A stretch of DNA of 64,000 nt. Source: Tubiluchus corallicola. Taxonomy: Eukaryota > Animalia > Priapulida. The position numbers were made by a program, and so were the translations under genes. The stretch is from NCBI GenBank assembly GCA_030141605.1, contig JAQGDQ010000312.1, positions 215,272-279,271 of the forward strand. The letters run 5' to 3'. This document shows, piece after piece, positions 49,801-61,200 of the stretch (position 1 is its first letter; each line of letters opens with the position of its first letter). A model generated the notes under the pieces. That model saw nothing but the letters and a program-made list of their open reading frames with translations. It ran no database searches and was not told the origin of the DNA.

Positions 49801-52800
49801 CGACTTTGATGTCATCTTTTTTTCACTTTTCTATAACACATGTAGAAACAATAACTTTAAGTACCATTTTGCTTGGAAACAGGTACCTTTATCGTGCACT
49901 ATAAATTGCTTTAAAGAAATATAATTTCTAAATACGATTTTCCCGAAACCTCCTTCAGGTACCCCTTTCTTGTCATTTGAGCACTGCCTACTGTCACTTA
50001 TCTAACATTACAACTCAAGTTCGGTTATTTGTTGATCAAGTGACTTAAGATTCCACATCTCAAGGCACTTAATCTACCTTTTAATTCAAAAGCAGCTTGG
50101 GCAGGATCTATAGGCAAAAACACAAAGTTACACCTCTAGCTCACTAGAGCAAACGGTTTATCGTCCACCCAAATTTCAAGAATTCCTAGACCAGTATTGA
50201 TAAACCAGCACAAAAAACAGTGCAGTAAAAGCCAGAAAAGAGCAACTAAATCGTCACGTGGCTTCATGTGAGTAAACCATGTTGATTTTTGGCGAGAGAA
50301 TGTTTGTGAAGTTGATCAGGAGTTTTTAGTGAAGAGACGTTCCTATTTTCTTCTGGTTTTGCTCCAGAAAAAAACTCAAGGCTGAACGATAATATTATAA
50401 AAGAAACACAAGCACCTCTTGTTTTAAATATTTACTCATTTCAGCTGTTTTAGTTTGTGATGATGACATACTCATCGGTGAAGAAGACTTATTAAGAGCA
50501 TATGGGTTATGGAGGTTGGTAAGTAATATTAGGGTAATCGTCTCATAGTTGAAATCTGATAATACAGTAATACAAAGACGGAGGCTTAAATTAGGAAACG
50601 AATTGTACAAAATTTACGTCCAAAATTACTTTTTTGTAATGGTCGATTCAGAGTTTGTTTGGCTTTAAAAGATATATGAAATCACTCTTGCTCGGATCTT
50701 ACTTTTGCCTTTTTTATAATTCTCCCTCTTGTAAATAAAATAGTTTTTTCCACACTTTTTCATGGTGGTTTTATAAACTTTGCTTCTTGACCGCCATGCA
50801 GCATCTATTTCTTGTTGAAAAACTATTATGTAGTTTAGCAACTATGTTAATAACTATGAAACGCTATAGTATACTAATGTAGTTCTGTTACAATTATTGT
50901 AACTATATATCTTTTTCCTAGTTGTAGCGCATATTAGTTATAAAGGTAATAAAGCAATGTCAAAAATACATGCTGAAGTGATATTAAATTGCAAATTACA
51001 ATTTGCATAAAGGTGGAAAGATACCAAAATCTAAGGCAATAAATCCAATTGCGATCCCGCAATGCACTACAATAATAAATATCAGCAAAGGAATTAAAAA
51101 GACAAAGAAATCAACAACGAACATGTTTAAAGAGACCATGATCAGATCTGTGATCAGGTATAGAAATGTACATACTGCAGGCTGCCAGGGTTGCAGAATA
51201 CACCTTTGACATTAGAGAAGTTAACAGAGGGAAGTATTTTTATTACATTTCATAAAGACAAAATTGATTTTGACTTGTGAGTACTACTAATTGTTTAGCA
51301 ATGGTAGTTGTTTGGAACATTTGTTTAGTCATCATGAAATATACCGTTTGGTGTGAAATATCAATTATTTTTCAACGAGAATTTAAAATCTTGGAGATCC
51401 TGAGAAGAGTACAGGCAGAACCACACATTTGATGAATCCAAGTTCAGAACTCAAGATGACCAGCATATCACACCTGTCTTGATGTTGTCACATTCTGAGA
51501 TTTAACGTGCAGAGAATGCCTGTTATACATTAGTAATAATAACGTGTATAAGCTATCTTGGTCAGTTATTCTTACAAGTCGGTTACATCCTGGGAATACT
51601 TGCCGAATTTTCCACCTTAATTCAAGTAATTTTAACTTTCTTTGTTTCAGCTGCCAAAAACGAATACTTGGTTTTGCCTGTCGTGCACACTCTATGGAAG
51701 ACGGATTGTATAATTATGTTCCATCAACATTGAATGGCAAATATTCCATCATTCTTCCAGGTAACGGCACTTTAATACAATACAAAGTCACAAACACAAA
51801 TAATGCAAGACGTTGGTTGGCGATTAAAACATTTTGTATGCTGACATTTGACAAATGGTTTTCAGTGTGCATGCTTACTATATACGAAGACTAACTGGGA
51901 AACTTGGTAACCTAAACAATATCCAATGTATTTTTAACTGTGTCAATGCAAAATTGATTCACAAGGTCTCCCATTAACATTTAAACAGATACTGTTTACT
52001 ATATCCTATAATAATTTTGATTTATGTTTTACTTCGAACTTTATTAAAGCTCATGCAGGCATTACAAGTACAAAAGCATTACATTACAATACAATTTTAA
52101 AGCAATGTACAAGACAAACAGTAAGAACAGCTGTCACAAATTTTAATAAACAAAATGATTGCATATTAAAGATATCAAAATAGAAACACTACTCATATTC
52201 CACTTGAAATTGCCATTTCACACATATTTATTCAGAAATGAAAATGCAATTTTTCTGTAAAATGGTTACTAAAACTAGCTAATATGTTGCATAATGACAT
52301 TTGACTTTTAGATGATTAATAAACGACATATTCTGCAAATTTCGCTTTCAGAAACCGCTAGATTATTTCATTGCAAAACTAATTTGCAATGGCCTATTGG
52401 TAGTAAATAAGCATTTTCTATATGCATATATTACAATTGTCTTGTAATCCTCTTGACATGTCCTTTTCAATACAAAATTTGTGTATTGTCGGGCATAAAT
52501 GGATATGGTCTATTATTTTCGTTCTCGTTCTGTACAAACTTTCTTCCAAACTACCTGCAAATTTATTTCATTAGGTTAGATCAAAATTTACTAAATTTTG
52601 TATATTGTTATTTAAACTTTTCACTATAATGATGGAAGGAAACGATGACTTTTTTCATTTCACAGTTAGTTATTTAAACGATATTGCAGTGCGCAAACTA
52701 TGTCAGCCTCCTTAAATTTTAACACAGTTGCAATCGAGCAAAACAGTTTAGAGGGACTATATGACCTTCATCACATGTGTTTAAAATACATCCTAACTAT

Positions 52801-53563
52801 TTCTATGCACCAATAATGGCAAATCTGTTTTGTAATGTAATTTGATAAATCAGTTGATGTCAGTAGTAGAGCTCAATTTCCTGTTTTTATAGCCTTCTCT
52901 TCACTTCTCCCGCAGGCATCTGCAAAATTTTCTGTCACAAATTTCCTGTAAACTAAAAGTTCGGTATATTTAAGAAGATTAAGAAGTGATAAGTTCTGCC
53001 ATTTAATATATAAATTTTGTTTCTAGTGATATTGAAGCATAAGCGCTCATCTTAAAGCCGAACCTTGAGAGGCTATTGCTCTAATTTGGTTCATAATTGT
53101 ATATGCTCCTAACATCTAATTCCAACAGTTTTGATAACCAGGTTTCTTGCACCTTGTCAGTAAATTTAATGCAAATATTTTACAGCTCCAATGTTGATTC
53201 ACCGAAGCTACTTCAAGATCTTCAATAATTTCCTGGAGGCTGTTTTCCGGAGACAAGTACAACAACTGCGATGACATTGCTGTAAACTTTGCTGTATCAC
53301 AGTGCCTACAAGATTTAGCAGGAATGTGTGTATTGCCTAGAAAACACAGAAGAATAGATAAATTTGGAAGGCATTTTAAAGGTTTACATCATTTAAACAA
53401 ACATCATTTTAACAGATCAAGGTGTCTTAATGAACTTGTTGAAATCTATGGTTTAATGCCGCTGCATTATAGTGACGTTTTTGTTGCAACAGTCAAAGCA
53501 AATACTAAACAGCACATTCGTTTTTCAAAAAGCGTTCTTTACAAAAATAGCGATGGACATTAA
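46879..53563 (+). pseudogene. EXTL2: EXTL2-like (GT64 alpha-1,4-N-acetylhexosaminyltransferase) multi-exon gene, apparently disabled
   Basis: Exons with GT-AG borders: ~46879-46988 (KKVIIVWNNI; start uncertain), 48998-49123 (GEMVP..NTLANR*KIPSEIMTE), 50445-50518 (AVLVCDDDILI..LWRL), 51651-51760 (RILGFACRAH..KYSIILP), 53186-53563 (NCDDIAVNF..RSRCLNELVEIYGLMPLHYS). In-frame TGA at 49093 and two frameshifts. Confidence 0.88.
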
Positions 53564-55874
53564 CAGTCTTTAATCTTTCACACTTTCAACTGTTGTAATC
53601 TGCTACTGCATCTCTGCTCAATTAGCAATACTCAAAGAAATAGGAAAACTGTATGAAATGGGTATTTCATTTATTTTTATTGAATTTAACAGTAGTTTCT
53701 TTACCCTATTCCCCTATTCCCCATCCCTACGAACAGGCCTATCTCCACCCCACGTATCCCTGATTAAAGAGATTGCAAAAGCTGGTTATAAGATTCTGAG
53801 CAAAGCTTTCCTCATACCCCTAATTTAGTCACAGAAAAACCACCGTCCACGGAATTATGTAATAATCAGAAAAGAGACTTTATACCTCGTTATAATGCCA
53901 TTAGTTTTGGCAAACTTTTCATTGAAAATAGAGCAGACAAAATGGGAAAGACTTGCCATATTCACTTTATGGGCTCTTGCAACCTAAGTTAAAAACGGAG
54001 ATGGTTTTTTATGGAAATGAATTCTTGTGCTTAAGAGCATTATTCTAAATCTTATAAAATATTATTATTAATATTTTAGCAGTTATATTAATTACAATTT
54101 TTTAACAGCTAAAATGTTACTAGATTTTAATTCTGGATTAATAATTTAGATAAACTTAATATTTCCAGACATTTTATGTTTTAGCATTAACAATTTTATT
54201 AATTTTTCTGTTTTCCATAAGTTTCATTTCTGGATTGTTAACTTAAATTCATTAACGCTTTGAGCAGATATTCTACTTGTTTCTCTGTACTATGTCTTAA
54301 GATGTCTTTTTGTGTTTTATTTTATTGATAATATGATTATATATTGTTGATAAAAAGCTTTAGCTGCTCGTGTTATTTATATAATAATAGACCTTAAATA
54401 AAAGTTATCTTACCTTAGTTTGTTTTATCTTTCTTGTCTCGTCTCTTTTTATCTTATCTTGTAGAATGCAAGGCAGGAAGCATTACACAGTTGGAACGAT
54501 GAAAATGTCTGCTTGATAATGAGAGGCTGTCTTGTCAAAATATGAAGCATAACAAAATCGTGGACTAGCAATTGTAATGACTGAACTCAAGATAATATTG
54601 AAGTCATTACAGTCCTGAAGCCATTATAGTCATTTAAAAATTTTAATGAACCCTATTTTTATCAATGGATAAAGACTTTATTTTTGGAAAAAATTGTGTG
54701 ATTGGCCATTTTTAAAAATGGCATCTGACATACTAGTTTCTTTTTGTAATTTCTGAAGCACAGAAGAAAGAAGCTGAGTTTCTATACAGTCATAGGTTTT
54801 TAAAGTCTGCGAATCAGATGGCAGCGTTAGTTTTTTGCTGACCTGGTTTAAGCATTTACAGAAATGTCAGCGAAAGGTGAAGTGAAACACTATTATTATG
54901 TGATTAATTAATGCTAATGTAGTGTAAAATGTCGATAAGAACAAGCAAAAATATCAATAACCTTTTTCTTCTTGCTCTTGTATTTCTGTCACCCTGGCTC
55001 CCAGACAATGCAAAATGTCTTGATTCCAAAGAATTTGTTAACGTATACTTTTTCCCATAATGGAAAATAGGGTAGTACAGAAAAATCATCCTGTCTTCTT
55101 TTAAACATTATATTATCTCCGTCAGAATCTAAATGATTATGATTTGTTACTGTTCTATTCAGTGGACTACGGCTGTGTTTATCTCTCTTGAAGCCAGATT
55201 TTTTTTATTATACAATTTTACCTGCTGAATGTCCACAAATACACGAAATGGTCATATGATGCTGAAGACTTTCATTAAGTGTGCATTTGATTTGAATTCG
55301 GTGAACATTTTCTCTACAAAATAGAATAACCTAGAACTTTTGTAAAGGAAACACTTTCTGATTGACAGTTGCAGCAATATTTCATTACATGGCCCAAATT
55401 CAAAAACGTTTCTCTTTAGACTCCATTGAGTATGTATATGTACGTGGTAGGATGAGAGTTACGTATAAATTATCAGTTAAAAATCTGTGACCTGACTTGT
55501 TTATCATCAATGTGTATCAGATTTTTTTTTACTGTTGCAGAAATTCACTCATGTTAAAAAGTTAACATAATTAATGTGAGGTTTTTCAATGATTTTCCAG
55601 AAGATACAAATATCTTTGTTAGGCAATGCAGAGTAAAATTTTTCTGCTTAATGATTTCGTCTGTGTGGTATAAAAAATATAAACTTTCCTTAATTTCATG
55701 ATACTCTTTCTTTACACAACCTTATTTTAATTTAATTCCTTAAAGCTGTTTGATTTATATTTTCGTTATATGAAAACTACTGAATTCACCTTGCATGCCT
55801 TCACAAAATCTGTATGTAATATTTGCAACAATTTTATTGTAAAATTTCCACTGAGCTGTTAGATCATTGCACCT

Positions 55875-57010
55875 GCATCTCATTTTACTCTGTCGGCTTT
55901 TGACTCAGAAAAGCGGCTAAAATTGCCCTATCAGCGTTTTAATTTAGACAGAACAGGATACGTTTTACCGTTTTGCACTGTCAGCGTTTTTACGTAATTG
56001 AAAGATCAGGATGCGTTTTGTCATTTTGCAATGTCAGCGTTTTTACGTAATTGAAAGATCAGGATGCGTTTTGTCATTTTGCAATGTCTGCGTTTTTACG
56101 TAATTGAAAGATCAGGATGCGTTTTGTAATTTTGCAATGTCAGCGTTTTTACGTAATTGAAAGATCAGGATGCGTTTTGTCATTTTGCAATGTCAGCGTT
56201 TTTACGTAATTGAAAGATCAGGATGCGTTTTATCATCTTGCACCGTCAGCGTTTTTACTTAACTGACAGACCAGGATAAGTTTTGTCATTTTGCTCGTTC
56301 AGCATCTTACGTAATTGATAGACCAGACAAGTTTTATCGTTTTGCACCATCACCGTTTTTACTTAATAAGCGGGATAAGTCTGATCGTTTTCCGCTGTCA
56401 GTAAAACTTTACTTACTTAATGAAGGTTGATGATGACGTATTTGTTTGTATGGAGAGACTCCTGGCAAAGTTTCCTTTCCGAACAGAGAAACTTCTTTAC
56501 TGGGGAAGCGGCTGGAAACCGAAAGGCTGCATAAAGCAACTGTCTGGAAAGACAAGCCATTTCTAAATTAAAAGCCAATGTTTCTGGGCCAAACATTGTC
56601 AAATATCACAATTTTTCCGTGAAATAACTTTTTAAACTATCCTTTAACAATGAGCTATATGACCTTTTGGTTGAGGAAATCAGACGATGTGCATTGTACA
56701 AGGGCAAGGCAGACCCAAGAATAAATTGCATGTCATGAAGCACATCTCATTTTGCTCTGTCAGCGTTTAACACAGAAAACAGGCTAAAATTGCTCTATCA
56801 GCGTTTCAACTGAGACAGAACAGGATACGTTTTATCATTTTGCACCGTCAGCGTTTTTAGGCTATTGATAGACCTGGATAAGTTTTACCGTTTTGCAATG
56901 TCAGCGTTTTAACTTAGACAGAACAGGATACGTTTTACCGTTTTGCACTGTCAGCGTTTCTACAAAATTGCCAGACCAGGATGCGTTTTATGATGTTGCA
57001 CAGTCAGCGT
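55875..57010. repeat. Two arrays of a ~53-bp minisatellite (55875-56400, 56745-57010)
   Basis: Unit TCAGCGTTTTTACGTAATTGAAAGATCAGGATGCGTTTTGTCATTTTGCAATG at 55981, 56034...; both arrays share the same leader (CATCTCATTTT..CTCTGTC..CAGAAAA..GGCTAAAATTGC). Confidence 0.9.
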
Positions 57011-57109
57011 AACACTTGCCGAACCTGCAGTAGCTTGAACCGTCACCACCAGTATTTCCGTCACGCCAATGTTTAGCGTGATAATAATGGGGGAATACAG
57101 AAATGCCTA

Positions 57110-57570
57110 ATCAAATGTGTAGAATTTTAATAATTATAAAAACATGCAATCAGATATAGAAACGTGTAATCGAATGCAGAATTCATTTGTCGTAGAACAA
57201 TAAATATTTATGAAAATGCAACAAGATAAGGATAGCAGCCACAATAACCACGCATGCGCAAATCTACCCCACATTTCACAACAAGCTAAATTTAGGGATG
57301 GACATTTTTTGAGGGGTTTGGATTGTTCCATTATTTATAGGGACGAGGAAATGTTAGAGCTTGGGTTAGGGTTGGACATCATTTGGAGAGGGCTTGAGCA
57401 GTTGCAATATTTGGAAGGGTGAGGTACGGTAAGAGTTGGGGTTAGCAGCTAGGGTAAGGGTTGGACATTATCTGGAGTTGGTCTGGGCAGTTCCCTTATT
57501 TGGAAGGGTGAGCTAGGGTTAGGGTTAGCAGTTACGGTTAGGGTTAGAGCTAGAAATGGAGCCGCCCTCG
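57110..57570 (-). repeat. Second, inverted copy of the telomere-like-repeat-bearing element
   Basis: Degenerate GGGTTA tract at 57355-57555; flanks match 44096-44125, 44720-44790 and 44990-45090. Confidence 0.75.
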
Positions 57571-58052
57571 GATCACCTCATTATTTGAAAGCGGGTAGAA
57601 CATTTAAAAAATTGAAAAATGAACTGCATCCCCATCAAGTTCTGCTTGAGGAGAGTTACTCGTACGGTGAGGTCAGGGAAGGTGGTCCGCCCCACGAGCA
57701 CTTTTCATTCCGTCCACCAAAACGTAATTCCCCTTCCGAAGTGGATGGCATTGGGGGTTTCGAAGGGTGCTGGCACTGGTGTCATCCTTGAAAGTGCGTC
57801 TTCTAGTTTGTAAAAGCGTAAGATCTGCATCTGAAAAATTGCCACAGTTGTTTGAACGAAATGCTCCTTTTTTGCAAAAGAATGCAGGTGTATCCCCCAG
57901 ACACGTGTACCGCCAACCGACTGCTCAGCTTCAAGTGGAAAAGACCATCATACCTCTCATCTAGACAAGCCAGCATAAAAGTATGCCAGAACATGCCATC
58001 CCATTCCAATACGTATCTAAATGAGAATAATAATAATAATAATAATAATAAT

Positions 58053-58203
58053 TGTGACGGGAACACAAAGAATTTCCTTCATAGCATATGGTGTTCTCAG
58101 AAATCCTTATTTATCGTGCGGCTATAACAACTTAATAGATACCTGAAACGTCATACAAGTTAACAGCAAATCAGTTAACAGTTAACAGAAACTGACCTTA
58201 ACA
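58053..58203 (-). repeat. Candidate 3' LTR of the BEL element (short or truncated)
   Basis: Minus strand AAAGGGGG-TG-TGTTAAGG marks the PPT/LTR start at 58203; candidate end ..CCCGTCACA at 58053 next to an (ATT)n tract. Confidence 0.55.
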
Positions 58204-58269
58204 CACCCCCTTTAAATGGGAATTGAGTGCCATTTCCTACTAAAAGAATAACAAAATTAATCTGCTTTT

Positions 58270-61200
58270 TCAATTAAACATAATTTGTGTATAGGTCGGG
58301 TTAGAAGCGTATTTTTGATCTTTATGGTTGCAGAGCGGACGCATCCATCATCACTTGTCTTGACATCTGTAATTCACCCAAGTATCCACTGGCTTCGTTG
58401 GACATTATCGCTTACCAAAACTATGTCTCCAACTTTCAGATTTTCTTTGCTTCGTAACCATTTTGTTCGCAGTTGCAACGTTGGCAAGTATTCACGATAC
58501 CATCTTGTCCAGAATAAGTCTGCCATGTACTGGACTTGGCACCACTTCTTTTTGTATTGGTCCTTTACTTCGAAGTTGCCAGGCGGCAGTGCGGGATTTG
58601 ATCGAAGCAGCAACAAATGGTTTGGTGTCAGAGCTTCTAAGTCATTTGGATCTTCTGAAACAATGGTAAGGGGCCGGCTATTTAAAATGGCCTCTACTAG
58701 ACAGAATAGTGTACTAAGTCTTTCATCATCCAGTGTTTGCTGTTCCAAGATACTGACTAAAACTTTCTTTACACTTCTAATCATGCGCTCAAAGAAGCCA
58801 CCAAAATGGCTAGCTGAAGCAGGGTTGAAGATCCCTGTATTTTATATTTTTCTGACGTAGAATGCTTTGAATTTGACTTTGGTTCCATTCGGTTATAGAA
58901 TTCTGAAGCTCCTTTTGGGCGCCAACAAAATTTGTACCTTGATCAGACCTGATTAGTCTTGGTGGACCTCTTCGGCTTATGAAACGTTGCAGTGCTTGAA
59001 TGAAAGAGCTGGTTTCGAGGGTGTGTAGAATCTCTAGGTGAACTGCTCTAGTGGTGGTGCAAGTAAAAATGCAGCCATATCGCTTAGCTTTTGCACGCCC
59101 TCTGACAACATAAAAGGTTCCGAAGCAGTCCACACCTACACATTCGAAAGCGTGAGTTCCTTCTACACGATCAACTGGCAAATCTGCCATTTTCTGGCTC
59201 TCCAGAGGTGCATAGAGACGACGGCACTTACGACAATCTTTTAATAGTTTCTTTGTAAGTGCCCGTCCTCGAATAATCCAGTAAGCAGAGCGAACTAAGG
59301 AGAGCACGTGTTCTCTTCCAATGTGACCATTGGTTTCATGGTAATGACGGATTATTAAGGTTGAAACATGATGCTCTTTAGGAAGTACTGCAGGATGTTT
59401 GGCAGCTTCAGGTAGCGCTGCATTTCTAAGTCGCCCTCCAACAACAATGAGGTTGTCCTTAGACAGGACAGGATGTAACTTTGCAATCTTGCTCGATTTG
59501 GGGACAGGCTGTCCGGCAGATAAGGCTCTGTATTCCTGAGTAAAGTGTTGGCGTTGGATATAGCTGAGAATTGCCTTTTCTGCTTGCTCCAACTCTAAAA
59601 CAGAAATCTCTAAATTATAGCATTGAGAGGATGGGATCTTTGCGATTTTGTTCTTCAAAATGGCTTTCACTCGCAAAAACCACGTGACTGCTTTTTTAAG
59701 TTTGTAGAAGCTACTATAATATTCCATAAGCTTGTCAGTAGCTTCTGACTTCGAAGGGTTAGCTTCACACAATAAGACTTTAACACTTTGCTTTATCTCA
59801 TTGTCGTGACTATCCACTGTGGGCAGAACTGTTTGAACTGGCCATTCTGGTTCAGGTTTGTAAAGAAATTCTGGTCCATGCAGCCATCTGACACTTGTGA
59901 TTAAATCTCTTGCAGACAAACCTCGCGATGCATCATTTGCTGGATTTTCATCTCCAGAGACATGCCTCCATTGGCTGGGAACTGTTAAGCTGTGTATGGT
60001 AGCTAACCGGTTAGCCACAAAGGTTTTGTATCTGGCCCTTTCATTGTTGATATAGCCAAGAACAATTGTGCTGTCAACCCAAAATGTAGAAGTACCTATA
60101 GGAATGCTTAATTCCTTCCGTACCATAGAATCAACTTTTACTGCAAGCACAGCAGCTGACAGTTCGAGGCGTGGCAAAGTGACTTTCTTAAAGGGGGTCA
60201 GTCTTGTTTTACTCATCACAAATGTACGGACGATATCTCCTGCAGCATTTGCTGATCTAAGATATGATACAGTTCCAAGGGCTCTTTCGGATGCATCTGA
60301 GAAATGATGAAGCTGGTATGAAACAGCTTCAAAGTTTGGTGGTGTAAAACACCGACTCAGGTGCACATCTTTGATTAGGTCAAGTTCTTCTAACCATCTT
60401 TTCCATTGTTGTTTCACATGATCCTCCAAAGGTTCATCCCAGGATTTCTTCAATCGTGTTTCTTCCTGAAACAGTAACTTCGCTTGCAGAACATAGGGAC
60501 TTATTATTCCCATAGGATCATGTGATGAAGCCATTACACTCAAAAGACCACGGCGTGTCATCGGTTTTCCTTTTTTCCTAACAAGAATACTAAAACGGTC
60601 TGCTTCCATGTTCCATGCAATGCCAAGAACCCGGTCAACAGGCAAGGTAGAGTTATCTAAATCAATATCCTTCACTGATTTCCCTCTTTCTTCTGCAGGG
60701 ACAGAGTTGAGAACTTCTCGGTCATTGCTGCACCATTTTGTTAAATGGAAGCCACCATGGTGAAGTAGACTGGTAAGGTCTTCTATCATTGCAATACCTT
60801 CCTGAGTTGTTGAAAGAGACTTAAGAAGATCGTCTACATAGAAATTTCTTATCTTTTGTTTAATGTTGTGCCAGCAAAACTCACAGCACAATCAAATACT
60901 ACTCTTGTTTTCTCTGGCTTGCTCTCACTTTTAACATTAAAGTGTGGCAAATACCACACCTTGCCATCAGTGGTTGCAGCTTCTTCATTTACAGGTTCAG
61001 CATACACATTTTCGAGCAAGTCACTGATCTCTTTAGAGTATTTTTTATGAAGGACCTCATCTTGCTTAAACTTCTTCTTCAAACCTTCAAGTCTCTTCTC
61101 TGCTACAACTTTATTATTTGGCAAATCAGGAGATTCGCTTCTAAATGGGATATCCATCATATAGTGGTTGTCCTCAGTCAGTGTTGCGGATCTTTCCCAG

